Positions 28,688 to 38,981 are shown, counted from the first letter of the stretch. The stretch is 64,000 bases of DNA from Desulfarculia bacterium (GCA_963662305.1 OY759352.1:2013620-2077619); one strand, 5' to 3'. The notes: a model not told the origin generated them from the letters alone. Program-made: numbers and translations.

Positions 28688-29746
28688 TCAGATCCCTTGT
28701 TCCAGGCAGCGGTGCAGGTTGCGGCGCAAAAGACACTCCGAGGGCGAGGGCTCGTCCGGGCGGCCGGTCTCGGCCAGCCGTCGGGAGGGGCAGCCGCCCC
28801 GGCATATTTTGACCGTGGGGCAGTCCGAGCATTCCGGAGGCAGGCCCCACAGCCGGTCCTTTCCGGACAGCTTTTCCGGTTCCGGTTCCCAGATCGTTCC
28901 GGCGGCCAGTTCCTCCCGGCCGGCCAAAGAGGCGCAGGGCCACAGCCGCCCCTTGGCGTCCACGGCCGCGGCCAGGCCGCAGGCGGCCAGGCAGTAGGGC
29001 TGGACCTCCTTTTCCCGGCTGCGGCGGAGAACCTGGTCCACCTCCCGGACCTTCAGCGGCGGAAAGCGCCGGGAGTTGATAAAGGCCAGGGTCCTGACCA
29101 GCCGGGGCGCGGTCTCCTCGATCTGCTCCGGCAAAGGAGCCAAGTCGCTCTCAGCCGCCCGGCCCAGGGGGCGGACCAGGTCCAGGTTGAGCACCCGGAT
29201 TGAGGCGCGCCCGGCGCAGAAAAGCAGAAACTCGGGCAGGTGCTCCAGGTTGTGTCTGGTCAACACCACGGTCAGGTTCACCCCGGCCCCAGATTCATCA
29301 AGCAGATCCAGGGCCTCAAGCGTCTTCCCGGTCCGGCTCCGGGTCAGCTCGTTGACCTGGGGCAGGCCGTCCAGACTGAGCCCCAGCCCGACCTTGTGCT
29401 CCAATAAAAAGCTTAGTTTTTCCCGGTCCAGGAGCAGCCCGTTGGTCTGGAGGGCCAGCCGGGGCCGGGGCTCCAGCTCCGAGGCCCGCTCCACCACCTC
29501 CTTGACCGCGGGAAAGACGGTCAGGGGCTCGCCCCCGGTCAGCTCCACGGTGAGCCGGCCTTGGCCCTTATCCGAACCCAGGGGTTGGGGCGAGCAGGAC
29601 CTGATGGCCAGGAGGGCCGTTTCCGGGTCCAGCTCCGCCCCTTCCTGCCCGGCCTCGGCGTAGCAGTAGGTGCAACTGAGGTTGCACTTCTCGGTCAGGG
29701 TCAGGACCAGGAAGTTGGCCCTGATCGCGGCAAGGGTTTGCGTCAC
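28688..29746 (-). CDS. Radical SAM enzyme with C-terminal SPASM/twitch-like Cys-rich domain
   Basis: CxxxCxxC (CNLSCTYC), LTGGEP; C-terminal cysteines CLAACG...WPC...CSDCPTVKICRGGCPS; start overlaps ChlI-like stop, stop abuts CobN-2 start. Confidence 0.75.
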   Translation of the reverse strand: MTQTLAAIRANFLVLTLTEKCNLSCTYCYAEAGQEGAELDPETALLAIRSCSPQPLGSDKGQGRLTVELTGGEPLTVFPAVKEVVERASELEPRPRLALQTNGLLLDREKLSFLLEHKVGLGLSLDGLPQVNELTRSRTGKTLEALDLLDESGAGVNLTVVLTRHNLEHLPEFLLFCAGRASIRVLNLDLVRPLGRAAESDLAPLPEQIEETAPRLVRTLAFINSRRFPPLKVREVDQVLRRSREKEVQPYCLAACGLAAAVDAKGRLWPCASLAGREELAAGTIWEPEPEKLSGKDRLWGLPPECSDCPTVKICRGGCPSRRLAETGRPDEPSPSECLLRRNLHRCLEQGI

Positions 29747-30762
29747 TTCCCGGCGGCCCCGATGTCCTCAAAGGGCAGCCGCCGCATGCGGTGGGGCAGG
29801 GCCATGGCCGCGGCCCGCTCCACGTCCTTTTCCTCCACCGTGGTCCGGCCCTCCCAGGCGGCCAGGGTCTTGGCCGCCTTGAGGATAATGATGTCGGCCC
29901 GGTGGCCCTGGACCTCGGCGGCCAGGCACATCTCGGCGATGCCGGTCAGCGCGGCCTTGTCTGCCTCCACCTTATCCAAAAGCCCGGCCGCCTCCCTGAT
30001 CCGTTCGGTGATCTTTTGGTCCTCCTCCTGCCACTGGCGGCTGAAGGCCTCCGGGTTCTCGTCAAAGGCGGCCCGGCGGACCATGATCTCCACCCGGTCC
30101 TGGGCCTTGCGCAAACCCGCCACCTGAACGCACAACCCGAAGCGGTCCAGGAGCTGGGGCCGCAAGTCCCCCTCCTCCGGGTTCATGGTGCCCACCAGGG
30201 TGAACCGGGCCGGATGGGTGAAGGAGACCCCTTCCCGCTCCACGGTGCTGGCCCCCATGGCGGCGGAGTCCAGGAGCACGTCCACCACGTGGTCGTCCAA
30301 AAGGTTGACCTCGTCCACATAGAGGATGCCCCTATGGGACCCGGCCAGGAGCCCGGGCTCGTAGTGCTTCTCGCCCTCCTTGAGGGCCCGCTCCAGGTCC
30401 ATGGTCCCCACCACCCGGTCCTCGGTGGCGCCCACGGGCAGCTCCACCACCCGGACCCGGCGGGAGACCAAGGGCACCTCCTCCCCTGCCAGGACCTTGG
30501 CCCGGCACTCGGCCCTGGGGCAGTCTTGGCAGGTGGGGCCGCCCAGTTCATCCGGACCCAGTTGGAAGGGACAGTGCTCCACGGTCTTTATCTCCGGCAG
30601 GATGCGGGCCAGGGCCCGCACCGCGGTGGACTTGGCCGTGCCCTTTTCGCCCCGGACGAGCACCCCGGACAGGGTGGGGTTGATGACGTTGAGAATGAGC
30701 GCAAGTTTAAGCTGCTCCTGGCCCACCAGGGCCGCGAAGGGGTAGTTGCTGGTTTCAGACAA
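29743..30762 (-). CDS. AAA+ ATPase, Mg-chelatase subunit I (ChlI/BchI/CobS-like) family
   Basis: Walker A VLVRGEKGTAKST, Walker B ILYVDEVNLLDDH, sensor/arginine-finger regions. Confidence 0.85.
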   Translation of the reverse strand: MSETSNYPFAALVGQEQLKLALILNVINPTLSGVLVRGEKGTAKSTAVRALARILPEIKTVEHCPFQLGPDELGGPTCQDCPRAECRAKVLAGEEVPLVSRRVRVVELPVGATEDRVVGTMDLERALKEGEKHYEPGLLAGSHRGILYVDEVNLLDDHVVDVLLDSAAMGASTVEREGVSFTHPARFTLVGTMNPEEGDLRPQLLDRFGLCVQVAGLRKAQDRVEIMVRRAAFDENPEAFSRQWQEEDQKITERIREAAGLLDKVEADKAALTGIAEMCLAAEVQGHRADIIILKAAKTLAAWEGRTTVEEKDVERAAAMALPHRMRRLPFEDIGAAGK

Positions 30763-32805
30763 TTAGCTGTTCCTCCTGGCTATCTCCACCAGTTCCTGGG
30801 CTTTTAGATCCTCTATCTTGAAGTATTCGGCCCCCAGTTCCCGGGCCAGGCGGGCGGCCAGGCCCAGACGGACGATCCCCTGGGGCTCGGTATCCACCAC
30901 CACGAACTTGGCCCGTTCCTCCCGGCCCAGCCGCCCAGCCATGGCCAGGGCCTCCTGGAGGGGTTCCATCTCGGTCCCCAGGCCGGAGTTGGCCTTGCCG
31001 TCGGTGATGACGACGACGATGGGCCGGGCCTCGGGCTCCTTGCTCAAATGGTTGCTCAGCTGGCGGTGGGCCTCGGCCAGACCGGCCGAGACCGGGGTCC
31101 GGCCGCCGATGGGCAGCTCCTTGAGCAGCCGGGCGGCCAGGTCGATGGACGAGGTGGGCGGCAGGTTCACCTGGGCCTCGGTCTTGCGGAAGGTCACCAA
31201 ACAGACCTTGTCCCGCTTCTGGTAGGCGTCCAAAAGCAGGGACAGGATGGCCCCCTTGGTGGCGATCATCCGGGCCCGGACCCCCATGGACCCGGAGGCG
31301 TCCACCACGAACAGAAGAAAGCTGCCGATCCGCTTTTCCCGGACCTTGGTCCGGATGTCCTGGTCGTGGACGCAGACTTGCAGGCCTGATGAACCCTTGC
31401 GCCGGAGCTGGTAGGGGGCCGCGGCCCGGAGGGTGGCGTCCAGGGCCAGGTCGTTGTTCTCCCGGTTGAGATCGGCCTTGACGTAGCGGCCCTGTTTCTG
31501 GCTGGTCCGGGTGGGGGAGCGGCGGCCCGAGCCCCGGCGCAACCGGCGGTCCTTGGGCTGGCGCAGGGTCTTGACCTTAAAGGTCTGGCCCACCTCGAAG
31601 ATCTGCTCCTCCTCCCCGTCATCCGTGTCTTGGTCCTGGGGGGGCTCGGGCGGTTCGGGCAGGGGCAGGTCAAAGGGCTCGTCCAGGTCGTCGTTTTCCT
31701 GGTCCTCCTCCTGGTCCTGGTCGTCGGGCGGGGTCTCGGGCGGCTCCTCCGGTTCCTGGTCCTCCTGCTCCTCCGGCGGCGGAGGGGGCGGCGGGGGCGG
31801 AGGCAGGGGATCCCGGCGGCGGTGGAGCAGGGCCAGGGGGGCCACCCGGATGACCAGGTCCTCGCCGACCTCGGTCCGGCCCTCATAGGCGGCCAGGGCC
31901 CGGGCCGCCTCCCGGATGACCAGGTCGGCCCTGTGCCCGGCCACGTTGTTCTCCAGGCACAGCGAGGAGATGAACCCCTCCACCCGCCGCTCCAGTCTGA
32001 TTTTGGGCAGCAGCTCCCGGGCCCGGACCACGGCTTGGGCCAGCTTCTCCTCTTCCTGGGCGAATGAGGCGGCAAAGCCCTCCGGGTTGTGGTCGTATTT
32101 CTCCTTGCGTTCCATTAGCTCCACCCGGTCGCCCACCTCGGGCTCGCCCTTGACCTCCACGGCCAGGCCGAAGCGGTCCAGGAGCTGGGGCCGCAGCTCC
32201 CCCTCCTCCGGATTCATACTGCCCACCAGGATGATCCGGGCCGGGTGGCGGAAGGAGATCCCTTCCCGCTCGATCACGTTGACCCCCGAGGCGGCCGCGT
32301 CCAGGACGATGTCCACCAGATGGTCGTCCAGGAGGTTGACCTCGTCCACATAGACGAACCCCCGGTTGGCCCGGGCCAGCAGGCCCAGGGAGATGAGCCT
32401 TTGTCCGGTCCTGACCGCCCCGGTGAAGTCCAGCCCGCCCAGGACCATGTCCTCGGTGGCGTTGAGGGGCAGGTCCACCACCCGCACCGGTCGCCTCTCC
32501 CGTTCCCGGGGGTGGCCGTTGGAACGGCAGTCGGAGCAGAACAGCTCCGGGGCCTCCGGGTCGCAGCCGAAGCGGCAGCCCCGGACCACCTCTATCTCCG
32601 GCAGCAGCCCGGCCAGGGAGCGGACCGTGGTGGACTTGGCCGTGCCCTTCTCCCCCCGGATCAGAACCCCGCCCACACCAGGGTGGACGGCGTTCAAAAT
32701 CAGGGCCAGCTTCATCTCCTCCTGGCCCACAATGGCGCTGAAGGGAAAGGCCCGGTGCATGGACCGGATCGGGAACTGGATAGGTTGGGCTTGGGGTTGG
32801 CTCAT
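30763..32805 (-). CDS. Mg-chelatase subunit D-like protein (AAA+ N-domain, Pro/acidic linker, C-terminal vWA domain)
   Basis: Start at MSQPQAQ (ATG 32805); N-terminal ChlI-like AAA+ (IRGEKGTAKST), polyproline-acidic linker (PPPPPPPPPPEEQEDQE...), vWA MIDAS-like motif FVVDASGSM. Confidence 0.85.
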   Translation of the reverse strand: MSQPQAQPIQFPIRSMHRAFPFSAIVGQEEMKLALILNAVHPGVGGVLIRGEKGTAKSTTVRSLAGLLPEIEVVRGCRFGCDPEAPELFCSDCRSNGHPRERERRPVRVVDLPLNATEDMVLGGLDFTGAVRTGQRLISLGLLARANRGFVYVDEVNLLDDHLVDIVLDAAASGVNVIEREGISFRHPARIILVGSMNPEEGELRPQLLDRFGLAVEVKGEPEVGDRVELMERKEKYDHNPEGFAASFAQEEEKLAQAVVRARELLPKIRLERRVEGFISSLCLENNVAGHRADLVIREAARALAAYEGRTEVGEDLVIRVAPLALLHRRRDPLPPPPPPPPPPEEQEDQEPEEPPETPPDDQDQEEDQENDDLDEPFDLPLPEPPEPPQDQDTDDGEEEQIFEVGQTFKVKTLRQPKDRRLRRGSGRRSPTRTSQKQGRYVKADLNRENNDLALDATLRAAAPYQLRRKGSSGLQVCVHDQDIRTKVREKRIGSFLLFVVDASGSMGVRARMIATKGAILSLLLDAYQKRDKVCLVTFRKTEAQVNLPPTSSIDLAARLLKELPIGGRTPVSAGLAEAHRQLSNHLSKEPEARPIVVVITDGKANSGLGTEMEPLQEALAMAGRLGREERAKFVVVDTEPQGIVRLGLAARLARELGAEYFKIEDLKAQELVEIARRNS

Positions 32806-32807
32806 GC

Positions 32808-33542
32808 TCACAGACTCGCTTTCCGGACGCAACGCCCGGCCCAATAGAAAAAGACCAGACCGAAAAGAACCAGGACCAGCAGGGAAATCCACGGAAAGGG
32901 TCTGTCCAGGGCGGCGGCCCGGATGCACTGGCTGGCGTGGGTCAGGGGCAGGGCCTTGACCAGCCAGGCGGCCCACTGGGGCAGGCTTTCCAGGGAAAAA
33001 AAGGTGCCGCACAGAAAGGTCATGGGGGTGATGATGAAACTGTTGAGGCTGGACTGGTCGGCGTGGGACTTAACCTTCATGGCCCCCACCACCGAGGCCG
33101 CGGCGAATACGAAGGTGTTCAGCCCCAGGGAGAGCAGCAACAGGGGGCTGGGGTCGATCCGGACCCCGCCCAGCAGGGCCAGGAGGGCGATGATGGCCGC
33201 GCCCAACAATCCCCGGACCATGCCGGCCAGGACCTCCCCCAGGGTGATGGCCAAATGGTGGAGAGGCGCGGTCTGGAATTCCTCAAAGGTCATCCAGTAG
33301 AACCGGGCGATGTTGATGTCCATACCGATGGACCAGGCCTGGCTCATGGAGGTGAGGGACATGAGGCCGGGGATCATGAAGGTCAGGTAGTCCACCCCCT
33401 CCATGGTCACCGACCGGCCCAGCCCCCAGCCAAAGGCGATCAGGAACAGGGCCGGGCCGATGGCGTAGCTGATCAGGGTCTTGACCATCCGCCGTCTGAG
33501 GATGGCCATCTCCCGCCAGAAAACCGCGTAAACCGCCTTCAT
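32808..33542 (-). CDS. ABC-2 type transporter permease
   Basis: 244 aa, six predicted TM segments, ABC-2 family pattern; start overlaps upstream ATPase stop. Confidence 0.7.
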   Translation of the reverse strand: MKAVYAVFWREMAILRRRMVKTLISYAIGPALFLIAFGWGLGRSVTMEGVDYLTFMIPGLMSLTSMSQAWSIGMDINIARFYWMTFEEFQTAPLHHLAITLGEVLAGMVRGLLGAAIIALLALLGGVRIDPSPLLLLSLGLNTFVFAAASVVGAMKVKSHADQSSLNSFIITPMTFLCGTFFSLESLPQWAAWLVKALPLTHASQCIRAAALDRPFPWISLLVLVLFGLVFFYWAGRCVRKASL

Positions 33543-34408
33543 GGCCGCACCCTCCGCCCGGTGAGCCGGATGAATACATCCTCCAGGTTGGCCGTCCGGA
33601 TGAGTACATCGCCGGACATATCGGCCGCATGGGCCGCGGCCCGGTCACGGTCCTCGAAAAAGGTCATGCCGTCCTCCTCCCCGGCGCACTCCACCACCAC
33701 CCGGCCCACCCGCTCCAGCAGGGCGGCCGGGGTGTCCAGGGCGATGATCCGGCCCTGGTCGATGATGCCCACCCGGTGGCAGAGCTTCTCGGCCTCCTCG
33801 ATGTAGTGGGTGGTCAGGAAGATGGTCGCCCCGGAGCGGAGGCTGGCCTGGATCAGTTCCCACAGCCGCCGCCTGGTCTGGGGGTCCAACCCCACGGTGG
33901 GTTCGTCCAGGAAAAGGATCCTGGGTTGGTGAAGCAGGGCCCGGGCGATCATCAGCCGCCGCTTGAGTCCGCCGGAGAGGACCTTGGCCTGGGCCTTGCG
34001 GCGGTCGGACAGGCCGGTGAACTCCAGCAGCTCGTTGATCCGGGACTCACGCCGGGGCGGGTCCATGCGGTGGAGCAGGCCGTGGAGTTTCAGATTCTCG
34101 TATACCGACAGTTCGGCGTCCACGTTGGTGTGCTGGGGACAGACCCCGATCAACCCCTTGGCCGCCACCGCCTCCCGGACCACGTCGTGGCCGAAGACCC
34201 GGGCGGTTCCCTTGTCCGGCTTGGTCAGGGTGGTCAGGATCCTGACCGTGGTGGTCTTGCCCGCCCCGTTGGGGCCCAGGAACCCGAATATCTCCCCCGG
34301 CCGGACGGTCAGGCTGAGGCCGTCCACGGCCTTGACCTGGCCGTAGTGCTTGACCAGATTCTCTATCTCGATGGCCGGTCCGTCCATGTTTCCTCTCGAT
34401 TCAGTCAT
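33539..34408 (-). CDS. ABC transporter ATP-binding protein (ABC-2/DrrA-like)
   Basis: Walker A GPNGAGKTT, signature LSGGLKRR, Walker B ILFLDEPTVGLD. Confidence 0.8.
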   Translation of the reverse strand: MTESRGNMDGPAIEIENLVKHYGQVKAVDGLSLTVRPGEIFGFLGPNGAGKTTTVRILTTLTKPDKGTARVFGHDVVREAVAAKGLIGVCPQHTNVDAELSVYENLKLHGLLHRMDPPRRESRINELLEFTGLSDRRKAQAKVLSGGLKRRLMIARALLHQPRILFLDEPTVGLDPQTRRRLWELIQASLRSGATIFLTTHYIEEAEKLCHRVGIIDQGRIIALDTPAALLERVGRVVVECAGEEDGMTFFEDRDRAAAHAADMSGDVLIRTANLEDVFIRLTGRRVRP

Positions 34409-35216
34409 GATTCCGGGTATCTCCCCCGGAGGGGATCTCCTCCGGGGGCAGGGGGGCCTCCACCCGGATCAGGGGCCGGCCCCGGGAGTCCAAATCCACC
34501 CGGGCCCTGACCCCGTAGACCCGGGCCAGGTTCTCCGGAGTCAGGACCAGGGCCGGCTCGCCCAGGGCCGCCACCCGGCCCTGGTGGAGCAGGACCAAAT
34601 CGTCGGCGTACCGGGCGGCCAGGTTCAGGTCGTGGAGGCTCACCGCCAGGCAGAGCTGCCGGGACTCCTTCAAGCCGGTCAACAGGTCCAGAACCTCCAG
34701 CTGGTGGCGCAGATCCAGGTTGCTGGTGGGCTCGTCCAGGAGCAGAATCCGGGTCTCCTGGGCCAGGGCCCGGGCCAGAAGGGCTTTTTGTTTTTCTCCC
34801 CCGCTGAGCTCGTCGAAATAGCGTTCGGCCAGCCCGGTCAAACCAAGCGCGGCCAGGGCCTCCTGCACAGCCCGGCGGTCCTCCGGCCCCACCCGGAAAC
34901 GGAGATGGGGCCGCCGGCCCAACAGGACCACCTCGGCCACCGTGGCGGCCACGGACTGGGCCCCGTTCTGGGGCACGTAGCCGATCTCCCGGGCCAGGGC
35001 CCGGGCTGATAGGCGGGCCAGGTCTCGGCCCTCCAAGAACAGGCTGCCCTGGCCGGGTTTGAGAATCCGGTCCAGACAGCACAGCAGGGTGGACTTGCCC
35101 GACCCGTTGGGGCCTATCAGCCCGGTGAGTCGCCCCGGACGGAGATGCAGGGAGACCCGGTCCAGGACCCGGCGACTGTTGTAGGAGAACTCAATGTTTT
35201 CGGCCCGCAGGGTCAC
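34401..35216 (-). CDS. ABC transporter ATP-binding protein (Fe3+-siderophore/B12/heme importer type)
   Basis: GTG start at 35216 overlapping permease stop (GTGA); Walker A GPNGSGKST, LSGGEKQ, ILLLDEPT; the upstream part of ORF 34401-36110 is a spurious extension. Confidence 0.8.
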   Translation of the reverse strand: MTLRAENIEFSYNSRRVLDRVSLHLRPGRLTGLIGPNGSGKSTLLCCLDRILKPGQGSLFLEGRDLARLSARALAREIGYVPQNGAQSVAATVAEVVLLGRRPHLRFRVGPEDRRAVQEALAALGLTGLAERYFDELSGGEKQKALLARALAQETRILLLDEPTSNLDLRHQLEVLDLLTGLKESRQLCLAVSLHDLNLAARYADDLVLLHQGRVAALGEPALVLTPENLARVYGVRARVDLDSRGRPLIRVEAPLPPEEIPSGGDTRNHD

Positions 35217-36250
35217 GACAGCCAGTCCTTCCTGCGCCGGGCCAGGAGATAGAGGAAAAAGGGTCCGCCCAGAAGGGCGGTCATGATTCCCACCGGCATC
35301 TCCACCGGCCAGACCAGGCTCCGGGCCGCCGTGTCCGCAGCCAGGAGCAGCCCGGCCCCCACCAGGGCCGAGGCCGGGACCAGGAAACGGTGGTCCGAGC
35401 CGATGAGGCTGCGGGTGATGTGGGGGGCCATGAGGCCGATGAAGTTGATGGCCCCGGTAAAGGAGACCACCGAGGCGGTTAAAAGAGTCGACAGGAGCAG
35501 GGTCGCAAGCCTCACCCGGCCCACCCTGACCCCCAGGCTGTGGGCCGTCTCCTCGCCCGCGCCCAGGGCGTTGAGGTCCCAGGCCAGAAACATGAGGGCG
35601 AGGAGGCCCAGGAGGACCACCGGAGCCAGGAACCAGACCGTCTCCATCTGGGCGTCCCACAGGGAGCCCATGAGCCAGAAGACAACCTCCCGGAGGTCCT
35701 CCTCTTTGGCCACATACTGGAGCAGGGAGACCAGTCCGGAAAAGATGTAGCCCACGGCGATGCCGCTGAGGATGATGGTCTCCCGGCTGGACTTGGCCAG
35801 CCGGGCCAGCACGTAGGCCAGAATCATGGCCGCCGAGGCGGTGACAAAGGCGTTGGCCACCACCAGGTAGCGTCCCAGGCCCAGGATATCCACCCCCAGG
35901 ACCAGGGCCAGGGCCGCGCCGAAAGCCGCTCCGGAGCTGATGCCCAGCACGGCCGGGCTGACCAGGGGATTCATCAGCACGGCCTGGGTGCCGGTGCCGG
36001 CCAGGGCCAGGCCCGCGCCGGCCACCAGGGCCAGCAGCACCCGGGGCAGCCGCAGCTCGAAGACGATCACCGCCGCCTGGGCCGAGGGCTCCCGGGCCGG
36101 GCTGAGCCACTCCCAGAAGACCCGGGCCACGGTCTTGAGTCCGTAACCGGACAGCCCCACCGAGGCTCCCAGGAGGATAAGAGCCAGCAACGCCGCCCCT
36201 AGGACGGCCAGGACAAACACTTTTCGGGAATGGCTGATGCTTTTGGTCAT
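35213..36250 (-). CDS. FecCD-family ABC importer permease
   Basis: 345 aa multi-TM FecCD-type sequence. Confidence 0.85.
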   Translation of the reverse strand: MTKSISHSRKVFVLAVLGAALLALILLGASVGLSGYGLKTVARVFWEWLSPAREPSAQAAVIVFELRLPRVLLALVAGAGLALAGTGTQAVLMNPLVSPAVLGISSGAAFGAALALVLGVDILGLGRYLVVANAFVTASAAMILAYVLARLAKSSRETIILSGIAVGYIFSGLVSLLQYVAKEEDLREVVFWLMGSLWDAQMETVWFLAPVVLLGLLALMFLAWDLNALGAGEETAHSLGVRVGRVRLATLLLSTLLTASVVSFTGAINFIGLMAPHITRSLIGSDHRFLVPASALVGAGLLLAADTAARSLVWPVEMPVGIMTALLGGPFFLYLLARRRKDWLS

Positions 36251-37287
36251 GGAATAAAGTAGGTCCCGTCCATCTCCAGGCCGAAGAACCGGCCCAGCAT
36301 CTCCCGGTGGATGGCCCGGGGGTCTACCTCGGCCATTTTCCCGGGATGAAAAACTTTGGCCAGGTGCAGCGCTCCGATGAGGTTACGCAGCCCGTATCCG
36401 ATGCGACTGTTGTAGAGGTAGACCCGTCCCCGGGCCGTGCACTTCAGGCCGCGGATGCCCGGCCGGTTCATGGCCTCCTCCCTCAGGGCGGCCATGTACT
36501 CCCGGTCCGGCACCTTGAAACCCACCCCGGTGAGGTCCGCGGACAGGGCCAGATGGTCCGGGGCCTGGTCCACGATCCACTCGGCCGAAACCCGCTGATA
36601 GGGCAGGGGCAGGGCATCGGAGATGTTCCTGCCTCCGGCCAGGGGGATAATCTGGCGGCCCCTCTTGTCGTTGGAGGTGAAATACAGCTGGCGGCCCGAT
36701 CCCAGAAAGACCCGGGGCCGCTCCTCCGGGGTCAGGTCGCCCAGGCGCCGGTCCAGCAGCCGGACCTGACGGTCCAGAAAGCCGTTCAGCTCCTGACCCC
36801 GCTCCTCCTGCTGAAACAGCTCCGCCAAGGCCTTGACCATGCCCTTGATCCGGCCCTGGAAGTAGCCGTTCATGAACACCACCGGGATGCCCAGGGATTC
36901 CATTTTTTCGGCGGTGTTGAAAAAATGGGTGTCGGCGATGATCAGATCCGGCTTCAGCTTCCAGATCAGCTCCAGGTTGGGATGGACCACCGAGCCGATG
37001 GAGGGCCGGGCCTCCAGGGCCGGGGGCCAGTTGGTCCAGTCGGAGCGGGCGATGATCCGCTCTCCGGCGCCCAGGGCCCAGACCGTCTCCGTGGCCGCGC
37101 CGCCCAGGACCATGGCCCGCCGGATCGGCCGCTTCACCTCCCGCTCCCGGCCCATCATGTCCGCCACCTTGAAGAACCCGGGGCGTACCTGGAGGACCTG
37201 GGGATCCGGGTCAAAGCCGCACCAGGCCGGAGCGGTCCAAAGCGTCGCAGCCACAAGGATCATGGTTAATGACAGACGGTTCGCCAA
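36247..37287 (-). CDS. Periplasmic substrate-binding protein (iron-siderophore/B12/heme ABC importer)
   Basis: 346 aa, signal peptide, two-lobe PBP pattern; operon with permease and ATPase. Confidence 0.8.
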   Translation of the reverse strand: MANRLSLTMILVAATLWTAPAWCGFDPDPQVLQVRPGFFKVADMMGREREVKRPIRRAMVLGGAATETVWALGAGERIIARSDWTNWPPALEARPSIGSVVHPNLELIWKLKPDLIIADTHFFNTAEKMESLGIPVVFMNGYFQGRIKGMVKALAELFQQEERGQELNGFLDRQVRLLDRRLGDLTPEERPRVFLGSGRQLYFTSNDKRGRQIIPLAGGRNISDALPLPYQRVSAEWIVDQAPDHLALSADLTGVGFKVPDREYMAALREEAMNRPGIRGLKCTARGRVYLYNSRIGYGLRNLIGALHLAKVFHPGKMAEVDPRAIHREMLGRFFGLEMDGTYFIP

Positions 37288-37351
37288 ACAGGCAACTCCC
37301 TCAAACAGGCCCCCGGTCGGGAAATCCGGCCGGGGGAATCGGGTTGTTTAT

Positions 37352-38911
37352 CTATGAGGCCGGGATGCCCAGGACCTCGCATTTGCGCCAGAAGGTGCAG
37401 TTGTTGGTAAAGGAGCTGAGCAGGCCGGCCCGGGTGCCCTCGCCGCCCAGATAGGCCAGGTAGGTGGCCAGCTGGTCGGCCGAGGCGTCCACCCCGTAAA
37501 AGACCTGGAAGAGGATGTTGATGTACTGCTCGTCGGTGGTGTTGCGGGCCTGGAAGGTGCTGCCGTTGAGCAGCATGGAGGCCATGCTGGTGGCGGTGAG
37601 GGAACCGCCCTGGAGAGCCGCGGCCAGTTGGCTCAGTTCATCGTCGGCGCCTTCCCGGTCCAGAACCTGGATGTACCAGGTGGCCAGCCAGGCCTTCAGG
37701 GCCCCCGCATCGGCGCAGAAGGAGATGGTCAACGGGATCAGGTTGGTGTCGACCGTCTCATCGACCGCCCCGGTGGCGGAATTGTAGATGAGCGCCTGGG
37801 AGTCGGTCCGGTTGGTGATCCAGAGCAGGCCGTTCTTGTCCACGCCCACTCCGCCGGAGGTGGAGACGGTGCAGTTCTTGTTGTCCATGGCGCTCACCGT
37901 GGCCCCAACCTCGCCGGTGCCGGGGTTGAAGGAATGGACGGTGGTGTCGTCGGTTCCGTGGTAGCCCACGAAGTAGCCCAGGGTGGGGGAGATGATCTGG
38001 AGGCTGCCGATGGCCCCGTAGGGATGGTTGTTGGCGTCGCCGTCCTCCACCACCGTGGCCACCTCATAGGTGTTTACGTCGATGCTGACGATGCCGCCGG
38101 TGTACTCGTACCCGGTCGTCTCCCCGTAGGGATAGCGGCCCGCAGCGCTGATAAAGAGCTTGCCCAGCTCAGGCACGTAGACCACGGCATTGGGGCTCTT
38201 CACCGGCAGGGTGATGCCCTTGGCTCCGTCGGCCGCGCCCTTGCCGGTGTCGATCTCGGTGTCCGTGGCGGTGTCGAACACGGCCACGTAGGAGTTGTTG
38301 GTGGGCCACCAGGAGCTGTCGCGGTTGAGCCGCTGGATCAGGACGAACAGCTTGCCGTTGACCACGATGCCCTCGTGGGCCTCGGGAATGCCGTCCGAAT
38401 CCTGGTAGGAGCTGATGTCCAGGGTTCCGGTCTTGAACTCGGCCTCTGTGGCGGCGTTCAGATTGACCACCCAGATGCCGCTGCTGCCGTACATGGGCAT
38501 ATAGGCCTTGGAGGCGTTGAGAAATATCAGGTCGTGGGGGTTGTTGGAGACCTGGTCCGGCGAGTCCAGGGTGGAAAACTGCCACAAAGGCGTTTTCGGA
38601 TCAGAGATGTGGAACTTGGCGATGCTGTCGGACTTGTAGCGTTCGATGCGGTAGAAATACTCGCCGTAGGAACGCATGATCAAATCCGAGATGGAGGTGG
38701 GGAGAATGTCAACCTGGCTGCCCCGGGGTCCGCCCACCGGGTCCACGTCGATCAGGACCGTGGCCCCGGAGGTGTAGTCGGCCGCGCCGGTGCACAGGGT
38801 GGCCGTGTCGGCCAGGGCCGAACCGGCCAGCCCAAAAACAAGGGCCGCGATCAGAAAAGCATGGATCAGGGATAATCTAAATCCGCAACTAAAAATCGAA
38901 CGGGGTTTCAT
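37352..38911 (-). CDS. Secreted protein, unknown function (beta-rich; C-terminal DUF4214-like segment)
   Basis: 519 aa with N-terminal signal peptide; Thr/Gly/Asp-rich beta-like repeats; lies between the TonB receptor and the binding protein. Confidence 0.5.
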   Translation of the reverse strand: MKPRSIFSCGFRLSLIHAFLIAALVFGLAGSALADTATLCTGAADYTSGATVLIDVDPVGGPRGSQVDILPTSISDLIMRSYGEYFYRIERYKSDSIAKFHISDPKTPLWQFSTLDSPDQVSNNPHDLIFLNASKAYMPMYGSSGIWVVNLNAATEAEFKTGTLDISSYQDSDGIPEAHEGIVVNGKLFVLIQRLNRDSSWWPTNNSYVAVFDTATDTEIDTGKGAADGAKGITLPVKSPNAVVYVPELGKLFISAAGRYPYGETTGYEYTGGIVSIDVNTYEVATVVEDGDANNHPYGAIGSLQIISPTLGYFVGYHGTDDTTVHSFNPGTGEVGATVSAMDNKNCTVSTSGGVGVDKNGLLWITNRTDSQALIYNSATGAVDETVDTNLIPLTISFCADAGALKAWLATWYIQVLDREGADDELSQLAAALQGGSLTATSMASMLLNGSTFQARNTTDEQYINILFQVFYGVDASADQLATYLAYLGGEGTRAGLLSSFTNNCTFWRKCEVLGIPAS

Positions 38912-38981
38912 TGCCTTCCTCCCTTAGTGGTTTTTATTCCGCCTTATTGTTGTCGATGGTTTTTTCCATTTGTTTTCAATT

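Noticed and set aside
31630-31890. Proline/acidic and Gly-rich simple-sequence tract
   Set aside because: It lies in-frame inside the ChlD-like gene and corresponds to the Pro-rich acidic linker that is normal for this protein family, not an independent repeat element.
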